Below, piece after piece: positions 49,565 through 59,928 of a stretch of 64,000 nt of DNA. Both the position numbers and the translations under genes were made by a program. The notes below the pieces were generated by a model. It saw only the letters and a list, made by a program, of their open reading frames with translations. It did no database searches and was not told where the DNA came from. Numbering within the stretch: the first letter of the stretch is position 1; the number at the start of each line of letters is the position of its first letter. Source of the stretch: Nitrospiraceae bacterium (GTDB taxonomy: Bacteria > Nitrospirota > Nitrospiria > Nitrospirales > Nitrospiraceae); assembly GCA_040981105.1 (NCBI GenBank), contig JANRMO010000001.1:163343-227342 (forward strand), read 5' to 3'.

Positions 49565-50236
49565 TCACTCCCATCCCGCCGCCTGTAGCTTTTCCCCGAT
49601 GTACTGGACCTGTTCATAAAGAAAACGATTCACTCGTTCCATGAAATCCTTGGAAAGAACGACTTTGGTTTCTTGCATGGTTACGGGTGCCCAGGCACTG
49701 ATTCTTTCAATTGCTTTTATGGCTTCAACCTGTCGGTTCTTATCGGTGATGTTGGAATCATTGTGAACAATGAGATTCCGAAGAGCATTAAGATCTTTGA
49801 GTTTCTTCCAGGAGGCCGCTTCGAATGGTTGCGGTATCCCAACGACCTTCTTGATGTAGGTATAGGCACGATTGATTCCTTTATCTTTCAAATCCGACAG
49901 CTTCACATCGTTTGGATAATCCTTTTCCAATTCGGTGCACGCCTCGTTCATAGCGAACTCGAACTGGTTGTAAAGCGAGATGAATATGGCATAACGAACT
50001 GTGTTTGGATAAAGGGTGGCAAAGGCCCATGAATTCAAATCTTCTCTGGCGCTTCGTCGGGAGAGTTTTTGAATGTCAGCCCAATACTGTTCGCCTTCCG
50101 AAGTCAGATATTCTTCAAGTTTGGTAAACAGATTGATGTAATGCTGTGAGAGAAATTGATGAATAGTAAAACGAGCAATCGGATCGCCTTGTCTACCTGT
50201 ACGGCGTAGATTGAGTTCTGGAAATCTATGGGACAT
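49565..50236 (-). CDS. Hypothetical protein with HEPN-like motif
   Basis: Predicted helical; LYNQFE and LNALRNLIVHN (RxxxxH); low GC. Confidence 0.65.
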   Translation of the reverse strand: MSHRFPELNLRRTGRQGDPIARFTIHQFLSQHYINLFTKLEEYLTSEGEQYWADIQKLSRRSAREDLNSWAFATLYPNTVRYAIFISLYNQFEFAMNEACTELEKDYPNDVKLSDLKDKGINRAYTYIKKVVGIPQPFEAASWKKLKDLNALRNLIVHNDSNITDKNRQVEAIKAIERISAWAPVTMQETKVVLSKDFMERVNRFLYEQVQYIGEKLQAAGWE

Positions 50237-50374
50237 AGCAGCCTCTCTAACTTCAGAAACCATCAATCGCGATCTGGCCGAATCCGTGCCCTCACGATTA
50301 CGGATAAAGTTCAGAGGAGAGAGAACTAACAAAAACAGATTGGAAAGGATAGTTCCGTCACCGTTCAGCCCCAG

Positions 50375-51388
50375 TTAGGAATGTTGGAGTCTTTTGCAGG
50401 TCGGGCAGTTTCTCATGTGTTCAGACATCTCGGCGATTTTCTCCAGGGAAAGAGAAGAAGAGTCCAACATGTAGCCAGTTGCGACGGGACAAATCCCCAT
50501 TTTGTCTGCGAGGCTGAACATTGAGGCTTCCTGACCAAGGGCCAATGCACTCAATTGTTCCCGGCGCGCATTTTCATCTTTTGGCAAAGCAGCAATTAAG
50601 GCAAATGCCTGCTTCACCGAGGACTGGATCAATGGTTGGTAGAGTTCCAGAACGGCGGCACCAATAACGGCGAGAGAATTAGAGTCCAAAAAATAGATAG
50701 TGATGCTCTGCGAAGAATTTAGACATTCAACGACCCGTCTGTGGTTTGGGTCAGCCACATTCCAAAAAATCTCGAACGACAAGCCGCTGCTAAGGTCGTC
50801 TTCCAGATTGAGAAACCAACGAAGTAACAGGTCGGTCTCGAATGGCTTTACACTGAGACATTCAAAGATAGGTAGGGGATCACTTATGACCCAGTGGTCT
50901 TTGGCCTCAATTTTTAAGAGTGCTATTAGGTCACCATCCTCGCCGAATGTGACTACGGATGTGCAGTCTGGATGCTTCAAGTCCGAAACGTCGACGTTCC
51001 CAAGATTCGCTCCCTTAATTAACGGAACGCAATTCCATTTCTTGACGTCCAGGTCGGCACCCGATGCGGAACAGAGCCACTTACCTGTGTCCCGGTCAAA
51101 TTCAACTGGGGAGCCACAAATACACACTTTTCTAATCGTCGCCTTGAAAGATCCCCGGTCATCGATCTCGACCTCGTTTGGTACCTGGGTGTCCTTAACC
51201 CGAAAGGTCGCAATAGTCAGGTAGTGTGATTCGAACGAATCCATGATCGGGCAAGCATACTCGAATTGGCCCGCGGGGAGCCACATAGAATCGAGCGAGA
51301 AATCCGTGAAGTAAACATTCGCAGACTCCGCATAACCGATTGTGTACGGTCCCAGGGACAGGCAGGCAATTGAATTGGCTGGCAGCAA
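50375..51388 (-). CDS. Orphan hypothetical protein with Cys/His clusters
   Basis: Long low-GC ORF; CICG..WLC and C-terminal HMRNCPTC; start uncertain. Confidence 0.6.
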   Translation of the reverse strand: MLPANSIACLSLGPYTIGYAESANVYFTDFSLDSMWLPAGQFEYACPIMDSFESHYLTIATFRVKDTQVPNEVEIDDRGSFKATIRKVCICGSPVEFDRDTGKWLCSASGADLDVKKWNCVPLIKGANLGNVDVSDLKHPDCTSVVTFGEDGDLIALLKIEAKDHWVISDPLPIFECLSVKPFETDLLLRWFLNLEDDLSSGLSFEIFWNVADPNHRRVVECLNSSQSITIYFLDSNSLAVIGAAVLELYQPLIQSSVKQAFALIAALPKDENARREQLSALALGQEASMFSLADKMGICPVATGYMLDSSSLSLEKIAEMSEHMRNCPTCKRLQHS

Positions 51389-51670
51389 TAGATTCCCCCG
51401 CCTTTACAGGCGGGGCCCTGCCGCTGGATTAGCAAGCCCTGAGGTTGGCGAGACAGTGTTACTCGTTACGTCCCTAGGAGTAACCCTGACCAAAAACATG
51501 CAGGCGGTACATATCTGGCTCTTCCCTCCACCTAGAGAAACCGTAACAATCGAGGACGTGGCGACGGCTAATATCCAAGAGCAAGAGCTTGAGGGTCTGC
51601 CTGACTGTTAACGGAACGCAGACAGGTCACCAGATTGATTATTGCTGATCATCCCTGACCTCACCTACTC

Positions 51671-53809
51671 TCAAAAGGCAGCAGCAAAGAACTCATCTGC
51701 ACTCGTGTTTGCGAAGGGAGTTGGAGCCGCGCTGCCATCTGCCGGTATTGCAAACAAGTCCCGTGGGGTTGAGGAGATCTGCCCGCCGGTGCGTCGCTCA
51801 TAAAAGATCATGCTGCCTAGAGATCCAACAAAGTCCTCGTTGTCCTGGCTTGCTGCGAGGGGTGTCAACCCCGTTCCATCTAACCGCACGCTGTAAAGGT
51901 CCAGTGGGCCAATCGGCGAGCTGCCTGGCTGTTGTCGTTGAAAAATGAGGCGATCACCGACGACAGCCGCGAATAACTCATCGAGAGCACTAGTCACAAG
52001 GGCTACTTCTCCTCCCGTGCCATCGGCTCGGATGGCGTAGAGGTCATCCTGGCCCCCATTATCGCGGCGGAAAATGATGCGGTCGCCAGCGACTCCAGCA
52101 GTGAATTCATCTCCCGGACCGGTAGCCAGGGGTACTTCTCCAGTACCATTCAGGTTGACGCTATAGATATCGGTTTGGCCATTCACTGTTCTTTCGTACA
52201 CAACTCGATCACCAACCACCACAGCAAAGAATTCATTGCCTGGGTTGAGGGAGAGCGGAGTAGTCCCCGTACCGTCCAGATTGACCGCATAGAGATCAAA
52301 CTGGCCGCCACCTGCTACTCCCCGCATGTAAATCATACGGTTACCCGCCACAGCCCCGAAAAATTCACTGTCCGGACTTCCGGCGAGCGTAATGGGGGCA
52401 CCCGTACCGTCGATATTCGCGATAAGAAGGTCTGCGGGAGATGAGGGGTCATTGCGTCTCACAAAGATGAGCCGGTTTCCCACCGTGGCTTGATCGAACT
52501 CTTCGAGGGCAGTCGTTGCGATCGGACGAACGTCGGTTCCGTCAGCATTGATGCTGTAGATGTCCGTGTTGTTGCTTTGCGGGTTGACCTGGCTCCCGAC
52601 CCGTCGTTCATAAATAACCCGCTCGCCGACGATACTTCTAAAGTATTCATCATCCCCGCTACTTGCCAAAACCCGTTGTGTCGATCCATCAAGACTTACA
52701 CTGGCCAGATCCCTGAGTCCGCCTATCGTCTGGGAAATGCCATACACCAACCAGGTTGCTGTCACACCACTTGCGAATTCATCGGCCCCGGTACTGACCA
52801 ACTGAGCGGCACCTGTGCCATCAAGATTGACCTTCCAAATATCGCGAGGAACAAGAGGTCCCACAGGGCTTGTATGATAGATGACTTGATTCCCAACTAC
52901 GCGAGAGAACCGCTCGCTGATTGTGCTGTCAGCCGCGAGCGTGACTACTGCGCTACCATCGATGTTGCTGAGATACATATCGAGATTCCCATTGGTCGAA
53001 CGACCAAGAATGACTTTCGCCAATGGAGATGGGCCGGGGGATTTTGTCCCCACAAAGATGAAGCCATTCGTTCTGGCGCTGTTAACAGCGGCACTATAGA
53101 GTCGATTCGATCCTGCGTCGAAGTACCCTATGCCGGTAACCGTGCTATTTCCGTTAGAACATACACCACCCCCGAAGGTGACTGTGACGTCGTACACATT
53201 CCCCTTTGCTCGTGGAGCGACGGTTCCCGTAAAGGTGCAGCCGCTATTCCCAACACCTGAAACGGCACCACTCTGTGAAATAGCCACAGTCGCAGACTCG
53301 CCGATGCTCCCTACAACAGCGGCTGTTCCTGAATAGGAACCCGCGATCGTGGCAAGAGACGGGGTTAGATCATAGGCAGCGTCATAGACACCGCTAAATG
53401 CAACGGCCTGGTTCAATGATGGATACGTGATGGTCCCGCTCAGCGACTGCTTTGCCACATAATTCCCTGCGATGGTGGCATTATTTATTCCACCCCCTTC
53501 AAGATTGAAGTCTCGTGCATCCATGGAAGAAAAGTTGCCATTGCTGGAGCTTGAGGTGCCTTGAACACCTCCTGCGATAATTGAGCTGTTGTTGGGCGCC
53601 GAGTAGAGAACCCAAAAACTGCCGTTGTCTAGGATAATGCCTGTGACAGTTCGAGCCGTGGTTGTAGTCCCGGTCCAGAGTCCTTCGGCTGTCACAGCGG
53701 AAACAGGCGGTGCGCTTGTCCCTTGGTCCCCTCCACTACTACATCCTGCGAGGCACAACAAGGCATTCGCCAGCATGACCTGAACGGAGGCCATTCGGTT
53801 GTTTTTCAT
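51671..53809 (-). CDS. Lipoprotein with repeated beta-propeller-like units
   Basis: Lipobox LAGC; about 9 repeats of D[LI]Y.[VI]..DGT....LA.....E.F...VG.R[VI]..R. Confidence 0.75.
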   Translation of the reverse strand: MKNNRMASVQVMLANALLCLAGCSSGGDQGTSAPPVSAVTAEGLWTGTTTTARTVTGIILDNGSFWVLYSAPNNSSIIAGGVQGTSSSSNGNFSSMDARDFNLEGGGINNATIAGNYVAKQSLSGTITYPSLNQAVAFSGVYDAAYDLTPSLATIAGSYSGTAAVVGSIGESATVAISQSGAVSGVGNSGCTFTGTVAPRAKGNVYDVTVTFGGGVCSNGNSTVTGIGYFDAGSNRLYSAAVNSARTNGFIFVGTKSPGPSPLAKVILGRSTNGNLDMYLSNIDGSAVVTLAADSTISERFSRVVGNQVIYHTSPVGPLVPRDIWKVNLDGTGAAQLVSTGADEFASGVTATWLVYGISQTIGGLRDLASVSLDGSTQRVLASSGDDEYFRSIVGERVIYERRVGSQVNPQSNNTDIYSINADGTDVRPIATTALEEFDQATVGNRLIFVRRNDPSSPADLLIANIDGTGAPITLAGSPDSEFFGAVAGNRMIYMRGVAGGGQFDLYAVNLDGTGTTPLSLNPGNEFFAVVVGDRVVYERTVNGQTDIYSVNLNGTGEVPLATGPGDEFTAGVAGDRIIFRRDNGGQDDLYAIRADGTGGEVALVTSALDELFAAVVGDRLIFQRQQPGSSPIGPLDLYSVRLDGTGLTPLAASQDNEDFVGSLGSMIFYERRTGGQISSTPRDLFAIPADGSAAPTPFANTSADEFFAAAF

Positions 53810-54280
53810 CTCCATCCCTCGCAAATAGTTCCTGACCGTAGGACCAGGCTGTTTCGTCTCTCCAAGGTTTCGGAACCCTGAGAAGAGCGGGGCATTCTCG
53901 ACCTCTGTCACGCATGTAGGCAATACCACGTTTAGGGAACATCTAAGGTTCCTTAGGGAAATTGGACCATTTAGTTGCCTCGCGTAATTTCCCAAATTTT
54001 CAAGACGGCTCTTCAGGAAATCGTGTGTGATGCGCCGCCGCTCCACCCGGTCGGTGACTTCCTGGCTGACATATTCATGACCGCTTCTACTGCAACCGCC
54101 GTGCGACCCGTTGCGATCAAAGAGCAACGGGTGGAACGTCACGAACCGTCATGAAGAATGTGGGCTAGACCATCCGGACATACTCCCCGGCCGCCGCCCC
54201 GTGATGGTCCTTCCGGAAAGTACAAGCGAACTGATGAGAAATCTTGTGCTCTCCTCGCCGTTGCGCTATCTTCGCACACC

Positions 54281-55159
54281 GTGACGCTTAAGATTGGGCT
54301 CGTACAGATGCGGTGCACGGGCGATGCGCGCGAGAACCAGGCGGCGGCCGAGGAGGGGATCCGCGCCGCGGCAAAACGGGGCGCGAAGGTCGTGTGTCTT
54401 CCCGAACTCTACCGCAGCCTCTACTTCTGCCAGAGCGAGGACCACGCGAACTTCGCGCTGGCGGAGCCGATCCCCGGGCCCTCGACGAACGCGCTCGGCG
54501 CGCTCGCGAAGAAGCTGAAGGTCGCGATCGTCGGCTCTCTCTTCGAGCGGCGCGCGGCGGGGATCTACCACAACACCGCGGTGGTGCTCGACGCGGACGG
54601 CTGCCACGTCGGCACCTATCGGAAGATGCACATCCCGGACGACCCACTCTATTACGAGAAATTCTACTTCACCCCTGGCGACCTCGGATTTCAGGCGTTC
54701 GACACCAAGCACGGCCGCATCGGGACCCTTATCTGCTGGGATCAGTGGTACCCGGAAGCGGCGCGCCTGACCGCGCTGCGCGGGCCGACGGTCCTGTTCT
54801 ACCCCACCGCAATCGGTTGGCACCCGAGCGAGAAGAAGGAATGGGGCGAGTCGCAAATCTCCGCGTGGCAGACCATCCAGCGCTCGCACGCGATCGCCAA
54901 CGGGGTCTACGTCGCCGCGGTCAACCGCGTGGGCCACGAGGGGGCGAGGACCGCGGGCATCGAGTTCTTCGGCGCCTCCTTCATCTGCGACCCCTACGGA
55001 CGCATCCTCGCCGAGGCGTCGAGGAACCGGCCCGCGGTGCTAGTGGCGGAGGTCGATCCGAGGACCGTTGAGACCGCGCGTCAGCACTGGCCGTTTCTGC
55101 GAGACCGGCGGATCGACGCGTACGGCCCGATCACGGAGCGGAGCCTCGAGAAGCGATGA
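54281..55159 (+). CDS. aguB: N-carbamoylputrescine amidase (C-N hydrolase)
   Basis: CLPEL, YRKMHIPDDP.YYEKFYFTPGD, ICWDQWYPE, WPFLRDRR; GTG start. Confidence 0.92.
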   Translation: MTLKIGLVQMRCTGDARENQAAAEEGIRAAAKRGAKVVCLPELYRSLYFCQSEDHANFALAEPIPGPSTNALGALAKKLKVAIVGSLFERRAAGIYHNTAVVLDADGCHVGTYRKMHIPDDPLYYEKFYFTPGDLGFQAFDTKHGRIGTLICWDQWYPEAARLTALRGPTVLFYPTAIGWHPSEKKEWGESQISAWQTIQRSHAIANGVYVAAVNRVGHEGARTAGIEFFGASFICDPYGRILAEASRNRPAVLVAEVDPRTVETARQHWPFLRDRRIDAYGPITERSLEKR

Positions 55160-56208
55160 CGGTCCCTCCCGCCCGCCGCGGGTACGCGATGCCCGCCGAG
55201 TGGGCTCCCCACCGCGCGACGTGGATCGCCTGGCCTCACCACCGGGCGGACTGGCCTGGCAAGTTCGCGGCCATCCCGTGGGCCTATGCCGAAATCGTCC
55301 GCATTCTCTCGCGCCACGAACGGGTCTGCATCCTCGTCCAAGACGCCGCCATGGAACACCGGGCTAAAGGCCTGCTGCGGAAGGCCGCCGTTGACCTAAA
55401 GCAGGTCGACTTCTTCCGGATCCCGACCGACCGCGTCTGGACACGGGACTCTGGACCCATCTTCGTGAAACATAAGGACGGCGGGAGGATCGCCACCCAC
55501 TGGAAGTTCAACGGGTGGGCGAAGTATCCCAACCACAAGAGGGACGACCTGGTGGCCCCGCGAATCGCCAAGGCCGCGAATGTCCCTGAATACCGCGTCG
55601 TCCACGGCCGCCGCGATGTCGTGCTGGAGGGGGGCGCGATCGACGTCGATGGCCGCGGAACCCTGATGGCGACTGAGGAATGCCTGCTGTCGCCGGTCCA
55701 GGCGAGAAATCCCGGCCTCGGCCGCGAGGGGATCGAGCGCGTCTTTCGCGAGGTGCTCGGGATCACGCAGGTGATCTGGCTGGGTCGCGGCATCGCGGGG
55801 GACGACACGCACGGCCACATTGACGACCTGGCCCGCTTCGTCGGACCAGGCCAGATCGTGCTCTGTGAGGAGAAGAACCCCAAGGACGAGAACTATGTGA
55901 TCCTGAACGAGAACCGCGAGCGCCTCCAGTCGGCTCGCGACGCGTCGGGACGGAAGGTGGATGTGATTCCGCTACCCATGCCGGCTCCGCTCCTGTTCGA
56001 TGGGATGCGCCTTCCGGCAAGCTATGCGAACTTCTACATCGCCAACAACGTTGTGATCGTGCCGACCTTCAACGATCCGAACGACCGCCTCGCGCTGGGG
56101 CTGCTGGCCGAGCTCTTTCCTCGCCACGTCGTCGTGGGGATCCATTGCGTCGATTTCGTCTGGGGCCTGGGCACGCTCCACTGTGCGACGCAACAGGAGC
56201 CTCTGTAA
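55156..56208 (+). CDS. aguA: Agmatine deiminase
   Basis: MPAEW, WTRDSGP, LEGGAIDVDG, DDTHGHIDD, ASYANF, GTLHCATQQ. Confidence 0.95.
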   Translation: MTVPPARRGYAMPAEWAPHRATWIAWPHHRADWPGKFAAIPWAYAEIVRILSRHERVCILVQDAAMEHRAKGLLRKAAVDLKQVDFFRIPTDRVWTRDSGPIFVKHKDGGRIATHWKFNGWAKYPNHKRDDLVAPRIAKAANVPEYRVVHGRRDVVLEGGAIDVDGRGTLMATEECLLSPVQARNPGLGREGIERVFREVLGITQVIWLGRGIAGDDTHGHIDDLARFVGPGQIVLCEEKNPKDENYVILNENRERLQSARDASGRKVDVIPLPMPAPLLFDGMRLPASYANFYIANNVVIVPTFNDPNDRLALGLLAELFPRHVVVGIHCVDFVWGLGTLHCATQQEPL

Positions 56209-56268
56209 GGAGCATGGAGCGATTCAACGCCACCTCAGGCCTTGCCATCGGGCATATACCCCTCCCCT

Positions 56269-57747
56269 TCACACTCCCCTGCTCTTCTCCCCTAACGCTC
56301 GCCTGAGTTCGACCATCCCCAACGTGTCTCTCGCGCAATAGGCGCGCAGCGCGTCCGCGATGCGCTGTCGCTCCACCCAGTCGGTGACTTCGAAGACCAT
56401 CCGGACGTATTCGCGGGCCGCGACCGCCCCGTCGCCGATCTCGAGATCGTCATAGGACAAGCCCGGCACCACCGCCGGGAGCACTGACTTGATCGAATAG
56501 GAGCCGCCGAAGGCCGGATGGTAGTAATGCTCCTGGACGATCGCCAAGAGGTCCCACAAGCGCTTGATGACGGCCTGCAAGGCGGATCGATGCGGTGGAA
56601 ATAATTCGGCCAACTGTTCGAGCACCGACCGTTCATATTGGGAATAGACGCAGATCGTCCCGCGGTCCCCGAGCGAGTCCAGCAAGCGCCGTGTGAATTC
56701 TTCGCGCGGATCCTCAGGGGCTTCAGAGAGATAATCCTGATGAAGGAGGCGCCCAGCCTCTGTCTCGATATGATCGGACCACTGGACCGGAATCAGTTGA
56801 TAGGGGCGCGTCATCGGATAGCGCGGGATCGCCGGCATGAACGTTTCAAAATCGAGATGGTGGACGGGGTACCGCACCCTGGCCAGGGCGTCGGCCAGAG
56901 CCGGGCCGATCCATTCCCGGTTGTCCTTGACCCGGCGCTGAATGATCGTGAGCGACACGGATTCGGGAATCTCGTCGATCGTTTCCACCCCTTGATCGAT
57001 CAGCACCTGCGCCGTTGTCTTCCGGCCCGGCAGATGGTACACCCAGCGAGCTGGTTTCGCTTGTGTGCAGTGGTCCCAATAGGGACATTCATAAGGCGTA
57101 TGGCAATGCGCGCCGGGCTGGATCGCCGGAGAAGCGGGCGATTCGATCATCGCCCGCATCGCCGCCAGGCGGGCCGGCAAATCCTTGAGCCGGTCCATGA
57201 CGAGCTCGGTCACATCGCACAGGGTGAACAACTGCGTGAGATCGATCTCACCGCCCGGATAGAGGTATTCGCTATTGAGGTGCATCAGGCAGACGCCGGA
57301 CAGGGAAAGTCCGACTCCGATCGCGACATAAGCTTGGATGGCCAGATCGTCGAGGTGGTACCCTTTGAGGCGACCTGAGGACTTAACCTCAATCAAGCGC
57401 CAGCACGCTCCGTTCCCGTCCGCCGGCTCTTCGCGCTGGAACACGTCCACCCGTACGAGCGTGCGCTCGAAGAGCAGCGCCGCCTCGAAGATGGCCGGCA
57501 CGGTCGGGTCCGCCATCAGCGCCGCCGTCTGGTCGAGCGCATCTTGCTTGTGCCGGTAATCGGCCTCGACCAGCTTGCCGCCGGGAAAATACCCGCGGGC
57601 TGTTTGGCCGACCGTCGAGCCCATGTCCAAGATGGCTTGGGTGGACGCATCCGGCGGCCGCGCCAGCTCCGGCGCGTGAATGTCTAGATAGAGCCGTTTG
57701 TGGCATTGGAGGCCGGCGAGGTAGCGAGATTTGGAAAGACGGGCCAT
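56269..57747 (-). CDS. DUF2779 protein (PD-(D/E)xK nuclease-like plus DEDD/RNase H-like domain)
   Basis: LSKSRY..GLQC.KRL, IEVKSS, C..PY.C.....C, LDFET, SYSIKSVLP, YCARD. Confidence 0.85.
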   Translation of the reverse strand: MARLSKSRYLAGLQCHKRLYLDIHAPELARPPDASTQAILDMGSTVGQTARGYFPGGKLVEADYRHKQDALDQTAALMADPTVPAIFEAALLFERTLVRVDVFQREEPADGNGACWRLIEVKSSGRLKGYHLDDLAIQAYVAIGVGLSLSGVCLMHLNSEYLYPGGEIDLTQLFTLCDVTELVMDRLKDLPARLAAMRAMIESPASPAIQPGAHCHTPYECPYWDHCTQAKPARWVYHLPGRKTTAQVLIDQGVETIDEIPESVSLTIIQRRVKDNREWIGPALADALARVRYPVHHLDFETFMPAIPRYPMTRPYQLIPVQWSDHIETEAGRLLHQDYLSEAPEDPREEFTRRLLDSLGDRGTICVYSQYERSVLEQLAELFPPHRSALQAVIKRLWDLLAIVQEHYYHPAFGGSYSIKSVLPAVVPGLSYDDLEIGDGAVAAREYVRMVFEVTDWVERQRIADALRAYCARDTLGMVELRRALGEKSRGV

Positions 57748-57855
57748 GGAGAAAGGCGCGTGGAGAATGAAGTTGCGTATGCCGATCAACGTACAAGACC
57801 GTTTGTGATACTGTCCAGCCTCACCCTGTGTCCGCCTTGGTAGGACGGTGATCCT

Positions 57856-59181
57856 GTGAACGGTCGCGTGAATCAGATCCGTTGGTCGGTCTTGACCCTG
57901 GCGCTCCCGGTGACCGTGAGTAGTCTCCTGCAACGGGCCGAAGGCATTCTCGGGGTGTTTCTGGTCGGGGGCCTGGGCGCCGAGCCGATCGCGGCGGTGG
58001 GATTGAGCCAGCTCTTGATCTTCATCGCCACCACATTGCTTGCCGGATTTTCGGTGAGCGGCAACGTGCTGGTTGCACAGCTCTGGGGCGCCCGCCGGAC
58101 CCGCGATGCCGGCGCCGCCGCCACGCACCTGCTGCTGATCGGCCTGGCGGTCGCCGGTCTCCTGGCCCTGATCGGGGCCTTGCTCAGCCCCATGCTGATG
58201 CGGCTCCTGGGCGCGGAGCCGTCGGTCGTGACCATGGCGCGGCCCTATGTGACCGTGATCTTCGCGATCCTGCCGATCACCGTGACCATTCAGATCTGTT
58301 CGGCCGTTCTCCAGGGCACGGGCGACACCCGCACCCCGGCCCTTGCGCTGATCATGGTGAACGCGGTCTATGCCGCTCTGGCCTATGTTTTGATCTATGG
58401 CAAAGCCGGTTTCCCGTTACTGGGCGTGCGGGGCGCGGCGATCGGCGCCGCCGTCGCCGAGCTCGGCGGCGCCCTCTTTCTCCTCCGCCGGAGCCGCCAC
58501 CTGTTGAACTGGCCGGCCGGCGTCCGGTGGGACCTGCTCCGGTCCGCCTGGCAGGTGGGAGCACCGGCCTCCGGCGAACGAGTTGTCCAACAGGCCGGCG
58601 TGCTGCTCTATACCAAGCTCGTGATCGCCTACGGGACGGTCGCCTATGCCGCGCACCAGGTGGGTCTCTCGATCGAAGCCCTGTCGTTTCTGCCGGGCTA
58701 CGGATTTGCGGTCGCGGCCGCCTCGATGGTGGGCCAGAGCATCGGGGCGGGCAAGTATCAGCGGGCCAAGATGGAAAATTGGGAGGCGAACCGCCAGGCG
58801 GCGCTCATGATGGCGGGGATGGGCATCGTGTTCTTTTTCTTTCCCTACGCCCTGCTCCGCCTCTTTACCGACGAGACCGCGGTGATCGAGCTCGGCACGT
58901 CGTTTCTCAAGATCGTGGCCCTGATCCAGATCCCGCTCGCGCTCACGATGGTCCTGTCCGGCTCGTTGCGCGGAGCCGGCGACACCCGCTTCATCATGGG
59001 GGCCACGTTTGTCGGGATGTGGGGCGTGCGGATTCCGGTCGCCTACGCGATGTCGCACCTGCTTCCCGGCACGGTGATCGCGGTCTGGTGGGGCATGGTC
59101 ATCGACTGGACCGTGCGCATGGGGCTGCTCATCTGGCGCTATCGCTCCGAACGGTGGCAGCGGATCAAGGTCATTCGGTAG
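57856..59181 (+). CDS. MATE family efflux transporter
   Basis: IAAVG, LQGTGDTRTP, LGVRGAAIG, LRGAGDT; about 12 TMs. Confidence 0.93.
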   Translation: MNGRVNQIRWSVLTLALPVTVSSLLQRAEGILGVFLVGGLGAEPIAAVGLSQLLIFIATTLLAGFSVSGNVLVAQLWGARRTRDAGAAATHLLLIGLAVAGLLALIGALLSPMLMRLLGAEPSVVTMARPYVTVIFAILPITVTIQICSAVLQGTGDTRTPALALIMVNAVYAALAYVLIYGKAGFPLLGVRGAAIGAAVAELGGALFLLRRSRHLLNWPAGVRWDLLRSAWQVGAPASGERVVQQAGVLLYTKLVIAYGTVAYAAHQVGLSIEALSFLPGYGFAVAAASMVGQSIGAGKYQRAKMENWEANRQAALMMAGMGIVFFFFPYALLRLFTDETAVIELGTSFLKIVALIQIPLALTMVLSGSLRGAGDTRFIMGATFVGMWGVRIPVAYAMSHLLPGTVIAVWWGMVIDWTVRMGLLIWRYRSERWQRIKVIR

Positions 59182-59261
59182 CTCTGACGCTGACATGTCC
59201 GATCGGAGCAAGTCATGTGAGGAAGCTTGACTTAGTCTCTATGATGATCCACTATATGGTC

Positions 59262-59510
59262 ATGATTAAGATCAACATTCACGAAGCCAAAACCCATCTC
59301 TCCCATTACTTGGCTAAATTGAAAAAACAAGGGGAAACAATCGTGGTCTGCAATCGCAATCAACCGATCGCGGAGATTCGTCCCTTGCCGGCGCCTCCCG
59401 CTCGCAAGCGCCCGCTTGGATTGGCCAAAGGGCTTTTCACAATCCCCAAGGAGTTCTTTGAACCGCTGCCAGACGATCTCCTCGATTCGTTCTCCGGCAA
59501 GACAGGATGA
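59262..59510 (+). CDS. Phd/YefM family antitoxin
   Basis: INIHEAKTHLS..GE.I..PIAEI..F.EPLP. Confidence 0.9.
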   Translation: MIKINIHEAKTHLSHYLAKLKKQGETIVVCNRNQPIAEIRPLPAPPARKRPLGLAKGLFTIPKEFFEPLPDDLLDSFSGKTG

Positions 59511-59893
59511 AGCTGCTGTTAGATACCTGCACGTTTCTTTGGATAATTACCGACGATCAAGCCCTGTCGGGCCGTGCAAAGGATCTCTTCACCGATCCGG
59601 CCAACGAAGCCTATCTCAGTGCTGTTTCGGTCTGGGAAATGGCGGTCAAGTTCAGCCTTGGCAAACTCCCTCTCCCTGAGACGCCGGAACGGTTTATCCC
59701 GGAACAACGCGAACGCCACGCCATCGTTCCACTGGCACTTGAGGAGCAGGCCGTGCTTTACATCCATCGCCTTCCTGCGCTTCATCGGGATCCCTTTGAC
59801 CGTATATTGATCTGTCAGGCCATCCAACATGAACTCACCTTGCTGACCCCTGACCCGTTGATTACACAATATGCGGTGAAAACCGTCTGGTAG
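59507..59893 (+). CDS. vapC: VapC PIN toxin
   Basis: LLLDTCTFLW, SVWEMAVK, HRDPFDRILICQA. Confidence 0.93.
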   Translation: MKLLLDTCTFLWIITDDQALSGRAKDLFTDPANEAYLSAVSVWEMAVKFSLGKLPLPETPERFIPEQRERHAIVPLALEEQAVLYIHRLPALHRDPFDRILICQAIQHELTLLTPDPLITQYAVKTVW

Positions 59894-59928
59894 GAACGCA
59901 CCCGCTGCCGCATCGAGCAGCCCTGAAG

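Noticed and set aside
54281-56208. aguBA as part of the defence island
   Set aside because: Ordinary polyamine pathway pair, GC-rich, with no evidence of linkage beyond adjacency
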